This document shows positions 9,927-18,732 of a stretch of DNA of 64,000 nucleotides, in pieces. The notes beneath the pieces were generated by a model. The model saw only the letters and a list, made by a program, of their open reading frames with translations. It searched no databases and had not been told where the DNA came from. Origin of the DNA: Candidatus Thorarchaeota archaeon (lineage in GTDB: Archaea; Asgardarchaeota; Thorarchaeia; Thorarchaeales; Thorarchaeaceae); the NCBI GenBank assembly GCA_003345595.1, contig PRDI01000049.1:1-64000 (forward strand), read 5' to 3'. How positions within the stretch are numbered: position 1 is the stretch's first letter; each line of letters opens with the position of its first letter. Made by a program: the position numbers and the translations under genes.

Positions 9927-10568
9927 CTAGCTCTTCAAATCTCGGTCTTCCTTGTCACGAGAGAGTACTGACTTGAGAGAGAGGGGAGACGATACCTCAT
10001 CCAAGGCAGACAGGACCGTTCGCTCAGCTGCTTTGTAGCTTTCAGCATCCTCGCTAGTGAGATGTGCTTTACCTGCCAGTACATCACGTACTTTTCTGTA
10101 GTCGCCGATCTTCGTGGCTATCTCTTCAAAAGGCCTAAAGACTGTGAATTCGAACAGGCCGAGATATCCCAAAAGCAACATAGTGTACAGACACCTAGTT
10201 ACGTTCGTTCGTGCCTGTTGAAGAGTCCTGTTGAAAGCGCCTCGTGACACTCCAGTTGACTGGCTTTGGCCCCTAGAACGTAGAGATGCCTTCTCCTCGT
10301 AGGGTATGTGCGTCCCGAAGCTGTCTTCTATAACTAGGTCGATCAGGAGGGTTTCGAGCTGGGATTCTGTGAGATTTGACCCTTTGAGCAAGACCTTGAG
10401 TATGGGATCTGTCAATACTTGCTTTGCACCAGACAGTGCTTTTCTTGCAGCTCTTGCGCTCCTGTCGGCTTCAGTCTGATCAGGATTCATGGTGTTGAAC
10501 TCCCTTTTGAGAATGGAACCCAACCGCTCCTTGGGCCCAATTGAACGCCTAGAGGACTTCCAAGACAC
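9927..10568 (-). CDS. Hypothetical protein with an HTH-like segment
   Basis: SNLTESQLETLLID...GVSRGAFNRTLQQAR resembles an HTH recognition helix. Confidence 0.65.
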   Translation of the reverse strand: MSWKSSRRSIGPKERLGSILKREFNTMNPDQTEADRSARAARKALSGAKQVLTDPILKVLLKGSNLTESQLETLLIDLVIEDSFGTHIPYEEKASLRSRGQSQSTGVSRGAFNRTLQQARTNVTRCLYTMLLLGYLGLFEFTVFRPFEEIATKIGDYRKVRDVLAGKAHLTSEDAESYKAAERTVLSALDEVSSPLSLKSVLSRDKEDRDLKS

Positions 10569-10920
10569 ATGGCAGTCAACCGAGCAAGCGGATACAAATC
10601 TGTATACGGCATCAGTGCTTGTGTACTCCTGACATAAATGCTTCTAGTCTGGTAGCATGAGAGCCCTTGTGGTCAGAGCAAAGGCGCTATGATTACATAT
10701 TATAGAATAGTTTCATTCGGCATAGCCTCCGAGAGGAGTATGATTGGAAGATAGTCAAGTGGGTACTGAATGGTGTCGGAAGCAGTTGAATCTTCACCAA
10801 GTTAGAACACACTCTCCTGGACAAGATCAGATACAGAATCTAGATGGATTATGAGGGTGTGCTGCAGCTGAGAGCTGGCAACTGTGAATGTATCCAAAAG
10901 CAATGCCTCTCCGACGATCT

Positions 10921-11337
10921 TCATCTTCCACTGAGTTTCCACTCTGAACCTGGGGGTATCGGTACAAATCCAAGAATCAGATTGCCTCGAATCTCGTCAA
11001 ACTTGTAGACACCGAGTAGATGGTTTCCAGATGTAGTGTCCCATTCCACCCACCCTCTACTCACGTAGTATTGAAACACGCTTCTACACTGCTTTCGTAC
11101 TAGTGAGAAGAGCTGCCGGTAGCGTCTTCGTTGCGAGGGGCGGATGCCCCACCTGCTAAGAATGAAACGATTGGCAAGACCATTGCTTGAAACAAGGACT
11201 GGCTTTCTTCCCTTCGGTTGAGTCGCAATAATCTTCTGAAGGGCCTCATGAAGACACTCTGGCACTGCCGCTAGGACGGACGGAGTCGGATTGGGATCTC
11301 TAAACAGTGAATGATTACGCTCGGTGGACATGGACAC
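10921..11337 (-). CDS. Basic hypothetical protein
   Basis: 138-aa Arg-rich ORF that occupies the gap between genes. Confidence 0.6.
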   Translation of the reverse strand: MSMSTERNHSLFRDPNPTPSVLAAVPECLHEALQKIIATQPKGRKPVLVSSNGLANRFILSRWGIRPSQRRRYRQLFSLVRKQCRSVFQYYVSRGWVEWDTTSGNHLLGVYKFDEIRGNLILGFVPIPPGSEWKLSGR

Positions 11338-11586
11338 TTCGGTTCATCAATCAGTATGGTGCGCCTCTTATGAGCGCCTACATTCTTGGTAGCATGACTT
11401 ACCTTTCGTCTACACTACTCGTGGCAGGTTGGCGAGAATTGGTGGACCCTGCTCAGTACATGGGTGTCTGTCATAGATATCCCACCTAGTCTGTGATACT
11501 AGTAATGTTGGTAATACAGCATGCAGAGAGGCTGTTGCGAACCATCCCTTTTGGGATTTGACACTTCACTGAGTTAATATCGACTA

Positions 11587-13992
11587 GTGTGTCCTCGGGG
11601 GACGGGAGTCCCAAACTTGAAACGAAGAGCAGACATTCATGTCACGGGCATCGTTCAAGGAGTGGGATTTCGGCCCTTTGTGTATCGACTTGCCACCAGC
11701 ATGGGCTTGGTCGGCTATGTGCTGAACCTCGGGAGTTCGGGGGTACGGATTGTCGTAGAAGGTGAAAGAAACCGTATCGAACACTTGGTCAGTGAGATAA
11801 AGTCACATCCGCCGTCAGTTTCCAGAGTTAACTCAATCCACATTGATTGGGAAGAACCAAGGGATGGTTTTTCGGACTTCTCAATCGAGAAGTCATCAAC
11901 GGCGAGAACGGACTCTTCAGCTCTTGAGATTCCTCCTGATATCGGGATATGCAACGAATGTATCGGAGATCTGATGAACCCGAACTCGCGCTGGTACCTG
12001 TATCCGTTCACATCATGTTCTGCATGTGGACCTAGGTTCTCTACGATAGTAGACCTCCCATATGACAGACCCAATACGACGATGGGTGATTTCCCTCTCT
12101 GCACGAAATGCCGCGCAGGATACTTGGAGCCTCTGGACCGTCGATACCATGCACAGACCACCGCATGCCAATCATGCGGCCCTGCATATCGTCTTGTGAA
12201 TTCGCATGGCAAGGATGATGGAGAGGACAACCCGATAGCTACTGCCTCAAATCTGCTCACGAGAGGAGAAATAGTCGCAATCCAAGGAATCTCTGGAACA
12301 CATCTTGTGACCAAGACTACCAATGCAGAACCATTGCAGGAGTTGAGAAGAAGAAAGAGAAGGTCACAGAGACCATTTGCAATAATGGTAAGAGACCTTC
12401 GGACTCTCTCGGCTCTCTTCACTGTTTCTGACGAAGAAGCTGAACTTCTCTCGTCTTGGCGCAAGCCCGTGGTCCTAGTGAGAAAACCAGCAGAGCCGTT
12501 AGTTGTTACTACAGCCTCTGAAACGACCGTATCAGGTGTGATACCGGCAGAGGTTCTTGAAGCAGTTTCGCCAGGTCTAGACACGGTCGGAGTGATGTTG
12601 CCCTACTCGCCGTTACACTATCTTCTCTTCCATTATCTGGATGAACCAGCAGTCGTTATGACAAGTGCGAATCCAACCGGCGTGCCTATGTACATTGATC
12701 CTGATACAATCATCTCAGAACTCGCCGAAGTTGCTGACGAATTCCTGGTTCATAACAGAAGGATTCACCAGAGAGCAGATGACTCCGTGGTCAAGTTTGT
12801 CGCAAACACTCCGGTGTTTATCCGGAGAGGACGGGGGTATGTACCAGAACCACTTGAGATGGGTGATCAATTGACCACGGCTCAAGTTGTGGCCTTAGGT
12901 CCGGAAGAGAAGAATACAGGGGCACTCCTGAAATCTCACAAGATCTACATGACTCAACACATAGGAGACACTGACAGAGCGGAGAACATTCAGTTCCTCT
13001 GGGATTCTTTGAAGCACCTGATGCACCTAGCTGGAATAGCCAGACCAGATACGATTGCTTGTGATCTCCACCCCGAGTTCCTAACTACAGATCTCGGCAA
13101 GGACATGGCAACTGAATACGAAGTGCCGCTTATCCAAGTTCAACATCATCATGCTCACATGGCATCATTGATCGTCGATCGTCAACTTTCCACTGAAAGT
13201 CCTATTACGTGTATTACTGCAGATGGTTACGGCTATGCTCCCGATGGAACGGCTTGGGGGGGTGAGGTCTTGACCGGTGATCTGAGAGCGGCAAGGAAGT
13301 ATGGAGGTCTCAAGGCTCAGAGGTATACAGGTGGAAATCTGTCTGCGAGATATGCAGTCAGAGCTCTAATGGGAATAATGGGAACTTCTGTTGAGTACAG
13401 TCAGATTGCTGACATGACAAGTGGTGCTAACGTCGCACCTGATGTAACTGTAAGCAGTGAGAGCTTATCCATGCTCATGGAAGCACATGACAAAGGATTG
13501 AATGTTGTTGTAAGCACAAGCGCGGGCAGGTATCTCGATGCCGTGGCAGCGGCCCTAGGAGTATGTTACGAGAATACCTATGATGGTGAGTGCCCCATGA
13601 AGCTTGAAGCAGTATCCCGAGAAACGGACTTGAAGATTAATCCGGAGTATGACAGTGGAAACGGTTCACTTGAATTGGACACGACAACATCGCTAGACCA
13701 AGTCTTGCAGATGAGGAGAAAGAGAATTCCGGTTCCAGAGATTGCATATGCGGCACAGTGGCATCTGGGGGAAGCCCTGGCAGAGATTGCATGTATGGTT
13801 TCAAAGAGTGAAGGTGTGAAAGCTGTTGGTCTTTCGGGTGGAGTTGCCGTCAATCGGATTATCACAAAGGCCGTGCTCACTCGCATCAGGCAAGAGAAAC
13901 TCCAGCCGTTGATCCATACGAATGTTCCGCCAGGAGATGGCGGCGTTTCAGTTGGTCAGGCTGCCGTAGCTGCATGGAAATCGGTCCACTAG
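11587..13992 (+). CDS. hypF: [NiFe]-hydrogenase maturation carbamoyltransferase HypF
   Basis: Acylphosphatase GIVQGVGFRPFVY, two Zn fingers, TSAN YrdC-like region, QHHHAH, and PPGDGGVSVGQ. Confidence 0.97.
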   Translation: MCPRGTGVPNLKRRADIHVTGIVQGVGFRPFVYRLATSMGLVGYVLNLGSSGVRIVVEGERNRIEHLVSEIKSHPPSVSRVNSIHIDWEEPRDGFSDFSIEKSSTARTDSSALEIPPDIGICNECIGDLMNPNSRWYLYPFTSCSACGPRFSTIVDLPYDRPNTTMGDFPLCTKCRAGYLEPLDRRYHAQTTACQSCGPAYRLVNSHGKDDGEDNPIATASNLLTRGEIVAIQGISGTHLVTKTTNAEPLQELRRRKRRSQRPFAIMVRDLRTLSALFTVSDEEAELLSSWRKPVVLVRKPAEPLVVTTASETTVSGVIPAEVLEAVSPGLDTVGVMLPYSPLHYLLFHYLDEPAVVMTSANPTGVPMYIDPDTIISELAEVADEFLVHNRRIHQRADDSVVKFVANTPVFIRRGRGYVPEPLEMGDQLTTAQVVALGPEEKNTGALLKSHKIYMTQHIGDTDRAENIQFLWDSLKHLMHLAGIARPDTIACDLHPEFLTTDLGKDMATEYEVPLIQVQHHHAHMASLIVDRQLSTESPITCITADGYGYAPDGTAWGGEVLTGDLRAARKYGGLKAQRYTGGNLSARYAVRALMGIMGTSVEYSQIADMTSGANVAPDVTVSSESLSMLMEAHDKGLNVVVSTSAGRYLDAVAAALGVCYENTYDGECPMKLEAVSRETDLKINPEYDSGNGSLELDTTTSLDQVLQMRRKRIPVPEIAYAAQWHLGEALAEIACMVSKSEGVKAVGLSGGVAVNRIITKAVLTRIRQEKLQPLIHTNVPPGDGGVSVGQAAVAAWKSVH

Positions 13993-14033
13993 CCACTGGA
14001 GCGAGCTGTAAGGCTGTTCAATCGCCATGACTT

Positions 14034-14663
14034 CTAGTAGCTCAGCTTGTCTTTTGCAATCGAATAGCCAATGGTGAAAGCACGGGCATTCACCTCCTCG
14101 AACTTCCCCGGAAAGCTCTCATGAATGGATCTCAGTGCTGTGCTTCTGCTGATTGGCGTGATTTCTGAAGCGATAGCTGCACCGAACAGGACCATATTCA
14201 ACGAACCGGCACCCCCTGCTGTCTTGGCCACGTCTAAAGCATCAAATTCGAGAACCTTGCTCGTGAACTTCCGTATGAGAGCGAGCACTAGTTCGTGCTT
14301 CGGATAGTCAATCTGGCCCATTGAAACGGCAACGGGCATCTGAATGTGCGAATTTAGGATGACTAGACCCTCGGGCACGACAAACTGGATCTCTCTCAGT
14401 GTTTCGATGGGCTCGAAGCCCAGTATCAGTTGAGCAGTACCGGGGTCTACGATGGGACCTGTTGCACACGGACCTATCCTCACAGTGCATGTGACATGGC
14501 CCCCTCTTTGGGCCATTCCATGTATCTCGCCGACTCTGACATTGTGCCCATCGAACATAGCAGCTCTTGCCATCATGTCAGCGAGTGTAAGAACCCCTTG
14601 GCCACCTACCCCGGTGAGAACCATATTCACCGTTGGTGCAGCATTACAGTCTATGCGTATCAT
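14034..14663 (-). CDS. iorB: Indolepyruvate:ferredoxin oxidoreductase beta subunit
   Basis: GVGGQG, EIHGMAQRGG; directly downstream of iorA. Confidence 0.95.
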   Translation of the reverse strand: MIRIDCNAAPTVNMVLTGVGGQGVLTLADMMARAAMFDGHNVRVGEIHGMAQRGGHVTCTVRIGPCATGPIVDPGTAQLILGFEPIETLREIQFVVPEGLVILNSHIQMPVAVSMGQIDYPKHELVLALIRKFTSKVLEFDALDVAKTAGGAGSLNMVLFGAAIASEITPISRSTALRSIHESFPGKFEEVNARAFTIGYSIAKDKLSY

Positions 14664-14664
14664 A

Positions 14665-16557
14665 CTACCGCTCTCCCTTTCTTATTGCACCCTGTGGACA
14701 AACGGCGACACAGCTGCCGCACATGTTGCAGAGTGTTTCGTCAATTAGAGCTCTGCCGCTCTCTGGATCAAAGTACATCGCAGGGCATGAATAGCGTGTG
14801 AGACATCGCCTGCATCCGTTGCATTCAGTTGTATCCACATAATATCGCTGTAGTGGTTCTTCACTGCGACTCCTCTCGGCAGCAGTAAGAATTGCGCACG
14901 GTTCTCTGGACACCAGAACAGAGGGCTGCTTCCGTTCTCTAGTCCATGCTACCATCTGCCTGACTTCGGCGACCAAGTCAACCATGGAATCAAATGGTCT
15001 GACTATCCTCACATATTGTACTCCTAACCCCCTACACACGTCTGCTATATCGAGTGGTGTGACTTTTTCCTGCATTCCAGTCAAACCTGTACCAGGATGT
15101 GGCTGCTGACCTGTCATGGCAGTGGTGCGGTTATCAAGAATAACGACGCATATGGGGTGCTTGTTATAGACTGCATCTACAATTCCTGGAAGGCCTGATG
15201 CAAAGAATGTGCTGTCACCGATGGTTGCCACTACATCTTGGCCTGTCACTTGTGCTATGCCGCAAGCGGTCGTGATGGACGAACCCATATCGAATAGGAT
15301 GTCTGCCGTTTCCAGCGGCGGAGCAATACTGAGTGTGTAGCATCCTATATCTGAAGGGTAGATTGCTTTGCCTCTTGTAGCCGCTCGAATTGCGTAGTAG
15401 GTGGCCCTGTGGGGACAACCGGGGCAAAGAAGTGGAGGACGAGGAGGTAATGGTGGAATCTCACGAACTTTCGCATCGATTGCCTCCCAATCGATGGATG
15501 TCTTACGATTGAGAATCTTGCTCAGCGCTTCGATGACTATTCGTGGGGTGTACTCGTACGTCCTTGGGAAGTAGCCCTGATCTTTTCCGAGAATGTCCAC
15601 AGTTATCCTCTTCAGTTGGGCTATCCGACGTGTTTGGGTTTCTACAAATGGTTCCAGCTCTTCAACAACGACAACAGTTGTGTGACGTTTTAGAAACTCA
15701 GAAATCATATGCTCTGGTACAGGGTTTGTCAGTCCTAGCTTTAGCAGTTCGGCCTCAATGTTCATTCTGGAGAGCGCTTCGACAGCGTAGTTGTATGCAA
15801 CTCCGCTCGTGATGATTCCGAGGCTCCCAGTACCTGATGAGAAATTCAATGGTGTTGACTCGGACACCTTTAGTGCCTTTTCCATCTGCCCGAGGAGCCA
15901 AGGGTGTCGCTTATACGCTACAGAAGGTATTGGTACAAACCTGAATGGATCTTTGACGAATTGGACCTTGTCCGGTCTCTCTCGTATTGAACCTAGTTCC
16001 ACGGGAGACCGCGAGTGGTTGACTCGAGTGGTGGTACGAAACATCACCGGTAGCTCCAGCTGTTCAGAAATGTCATAGGCTTGCAGAAGCATGGATTTTG
16101 CCTCAGAGGAATCTGATGGCTCAAGCATCGGCGTGTTGGCCATCAAGGCGTAGAAGCGTGAGTCATTCTCGTTCTGGGAGCTCCACATGCTCGGGTCGTC
16201 CGCTACGAGAACAACCATGCCAGCTCGTACACCGACGTATGCCAATGAGAGGAAGGGATCAGCTGCGACATTCAGTCCTGGTCCCTTGCAGACCATCAGA
16301 GACCTGACTCCTGCAACTGCTGCGGCTCCAGCGACCTCTATCGCAACTTTTTCATTCGTACTGAATTCGAAATAGAAGTTTGAAAGATGGGGTGCCATAG
16401 CCGTGAGATTGTTGCCAATCTCGCTGCTCGGAGTTCCAGGGTAGAGAGCAACTAGACGTACTCCAGCTTCTAGGACTCCGCGTGCTATTGCTTCATTGGC
16501 AAGCAAGAGCATTTTCTTCCCTGGTTCATTCTGCAATAGATCCATCGCTCGAACCAA
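14665..16557 (-). CDS. iorA: Indolepyruvate:ferredoxin oxidoreductase alpha subunit
   Basis: YPGTPSSE, NEKVA, GLNVAAD, CPGCPHR, IGDSTF, TAMTG and C-terminal 2x[4Fe-4S] motifs. Confidence 0.96.
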   Translation of the reverse strand: MVRAMDLLQNEPGKKMLLLANEAIARGVLEAGVRLVALYPGTPSSEIGNNLTAMAPHLSNFYFEFSTNEKVAIEVAGAAAVAGVRSLMVCKGPGLNVAADPFLSLAYVGVRAGMVVLVADDPSMWSSQNENDSRFYALMANTPMLEPSDSSEAKSMLLQAYDISEQLELPVMFRTTTRVNHSRSPVELGSIRERPDKVQFVKDPFRFVPIPSVAYKRHPWLLGQMEKALKVSESTPLNFSSGTGSLGIITSGVAYNYAVEALSRMNIEAELLKLGLTNPVPEHMISEFLKRHTTVVVVEELEPFVETQTRRIAQLKRITVDILGKDQGYFPRTYEYTPRIVIEALSKILNRKTSIDWEAIDAKVREIPPLPPRPPLLCPGCPHRATYYAIRAATRGKAIYPSDIGCYTLSIAPPLETADILFDMGSSITTACGIAQVTGQDVVATIGDSTFFASGLPGIVDAVYNKHPICVVILDNRTTAMTGQQPHPGTGLTGMQEKVTPLDIADVCRGLGVQYVRIVRPFDSMVDLVAEVRQMVAWTRERKQPSVLVSREPCAILTAAERSRSEEPLQRYYVDTTECNGCRRCLTRYSCPAMYFDPESGRALIDETLCNMCGSCVAVCPQGAIRKGER

Positions 16558-16677
16558 CGTGTGTGACCTCTTAGCAGATTTTCTGAAAGAGGCAACCGTG
16601 CATCAGTCTTCCGGTACCGCAGATTCTGGTGACAACACGTAACTCCTCACCAACCCTTGACGCTTGCGTCTGTGTAA

Positions 16678-16697
16678 GTTGGAACACGTGTTCCAAC
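16678..16697. repeat. Perfect 20-bp palindrome GTTGGAACACGTGTTCCAAC; its 12-bp core GAACACGTGTTC recurs at 16929-16940
   Basis: Read directly from the sequence. Confidence 0.9.
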
Positions 16698-16706
16698 GCC
16701 GCTGCA

Positions 16707-16868
16707 ACCCCCTCGCTTCTTGTGGAAAAAGTGATTCATTTTGGTTCGAAGCATATCGGAAAGTATAAATAGAGCTTTATGAAGCTGAGATTCATCTATA
16801 TTTTATCAGATCATAATATATCCCGCTGGCTTCAATCTTTTCCACATGTTACAGTGGAAATCGAGGGG
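16707..16868. other. Candidate replication origin: two inverted ORB-like boxes flanking an AT-rich spacer
   Basis: Minus strand TTCCACAAGAAGCGAGGGGGT (16707-16727) and plus strand TTACAGTGGAAATCGAGGGG (16849-16868). Segment 16728-16820 is about 28% GC by hand count. Confidence 0.5.
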
Positions 16869-16964
16869 AGTGATGCTCATCTTTCTCGGCTCTTGACACG
16901 CCTAGACATCTTTCGACGCTGGACATTAGAACACGTGTTCCCAATCGGTCATCTAGGAGTCCTT

Positions 16965-17255
16965 CTACCGGATCTCTGTTAACACCTCGTATATCCGTGT
17001 TTCAAGGATGTCTTGGTATGTTCTGAATAACGCATCAAACACCAATCTGTGTTCCTCCGGCACAAGTATTGCGGAGTCTGTCACCGCCTTTGCACCTACA
17101 CACTCATCTAACAGCCCTCTTCTTCGCCCCTGTTTGACCCCTGTTCTTGTTCTCCAAGAGTAGTCAAAACCATAGAGGTCCTTCGTGAATGACACTCTCC
17201 TAGCATTTGCCTGCCTTGCATGTCTGCAATCGTATATGTAGAGGTAATAGACCAA
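16965..17255 (-). CDS. Small hypothetical protein, possibly Cas2/VapD-like ferredoxin fold
   Basis: 96 aa; N-terminal YLYIYD strand, then RRVSFTKDLYG and DSAILVP. Confidence 0.55.
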   Translation of the reverse strand: MVYYLYIYDCRHARQANARRVSFTKDLYGFDYSWRTRTGVKQGRRRGLLDECVGAKAVTDSAILVPEEHRLVFDALFRTYQDILETRIYEVLTEIR

Positions 17256-17414
17256 TGTCCCTGCCCGAGATTGATAGTATCTATGCCTGCTTTGACTTCT
17301 AGTGTTACGATGTTCAACATGGAAAGCTTAAAGCGTGCACAGATTCTCGCTGCCGCGTTCGGCTACGCCAGTCAGGAGTACTTGTGATAACGATGTTCAC
17401 AGGGAGGGATCTTT

Positions 17415-18716
17415 GTGAATGCAATCGGTCTGCGAAAAGAGGAGAAACCCTTCGAGAGCCGTGTTCCTATAATTCCGGAACATGTACGCGAGCTTACCCA
17501 CAAGCACAAGGTCAACTTCATTGTCGAACCCAGTGAACAACGTGCGTTCAATGCTGACGAGTACAAGGCCGTTCAGGCAGACATTGTGCCGCTAAGAGGC
17601 AGCCCCGCTCGAGTCATTCTGGGCATAAAGGAAATGCCTAACGATTTCTTTGAACCTGGGAAGGTATACCTGTTCTTTAGCCACACCATAAAGGGGCAAC
17701 ACCACAACATGCCCATGCTCAAGAGTATACTGGCTGCCAAGAGCACCCTGATAGACTATGAGAAGGTAGTCGATGAGAGTGGCAAAAGGCTCATCTTCTT
17801 CGGCAACTGGGCAGGGATGGCAGGCATGTCCGACACATTACGCGTGCTGGGCCAGCGGCTTGACATCGAACGAACAAAACCCAATCCCTTTCATATAATG
17901 AAACCCACGCTAGAGCACCGGGACTTGGGGGAGCTGAAAAACACCTTCAGAGCTCTAGCCAAGCAAATTGAGGACGAAGGCGTGCCCAAAGTTCTCGATC
18001 CATTTATCGTAGGTTTTGCTGGATATGGAAACGTTTCGAAGGGAGCACAAGAACTCTTTGACATTCTTCCTCACGAATCTATTAACCCCGAACAAATCCA
18101 CAAGACACCCCGCAGTCGTCACCTATTGTACAAGTGTGTGTTTAAAGAGGAGCATATGGTAGCACCAGTGGACGCACAAACGGAGTTCAGTCTCCAAGAG
18201 TACTACAAGTATGGAACAATCAAATACAGAGGAATATTCGAACGCTACATACCCTACCTGACTGTACTCATGAACTGCATCTATTGGTCCGACAACTATC
18301 CTCGTCTGGTCACAAAGAAGTTCATTTCAGCTCACTGGACTGATAGAAATCGCAAGCTTCGCGTCATTGGGGACATCTCCTGCGACATTGAAGGTGCTAT
18401 CGAGTTCACCCTAGAAGCAACCAACCCGGGCGAACCAGCATTCACATACCTCGTTAATGAGGATCGCACAGTAAAAGGTGTATCCGGCTACGGTCCTGTC
18501 GTCATGGCCGTGGACAATCTACCCTGCGAGCTACCACGAGAGTCCTCCACTTCATTCAGTTCGACACTCCTCAACTTCGTTCCGGCATTGGCAAATGCAG
18601 ATTTCACCTTACCATTCGACCGTCTCGATCTCCCGAGAGAACTGAAGGATGCGACCATTGTCTATCAGGGGCAACTAACAAAGAACTATGAGTATCTGAA
18701 ACGCTATTTACAGTAA
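17415..18716 (+). CDS. Lysine-ketoglutarate reductase (LKR; saccharopine dehydrogenase N-terminal-type module)
   Basis: ESRVP, GIKE, FFSHTIKGQ, LIDYE, GYGNVSKGA, NCIYW, DISCD and VDNLPCELP. Confidence 0.9.
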   Translation: MNAIGLRKEEKPFESRVPIIPEHVRELTHKHKVNFIVEPSEQRAFNADEYKAVQADIVPLRGSPARVILGIKEMPNDFFEPGKVYLFFSHTIKGQHHNMPMLKSILAAKSTLIDYEKVVDESGKRLIFFGNWAGMAGMSDTLRVLGQRLDIERTKPNPFHIMKPTLEHRDLGELKNTFRALAKQIEDEGVPKVLDPFIVGFAGYGNVSKGAQELFDILPHESINPEQIHKTPRSRHLLYKCVFKEEHMVAPVDAQTEFSLQEYYKYGTIKYRGIFERYIPYLTVLMNCIYWSDNYPRLVTKKFISAHWTDRNRKLRVIGDISCDIEGAIEFTLEATNPGEPAFTYLVNEDRTVKGVSGYGPVVMAVDNLPCELPRESSTSFSSTLLNFVPALANADFTLPFDRLDLPRELKDATIVYQGQLTKNYEYLKRYLQ

Positions 18717-18732
18717 CAACGGAGGACGGGTA

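Noticed and set aside
11715-12584. Long antisense ORFs (e.g. 11715-12584, 1752-2336, 25040-25678, 44517-45131, 51453-52247)
   Set aside because: They are shadows of well-supported genes on the opposite strand and have no motifs of their own.
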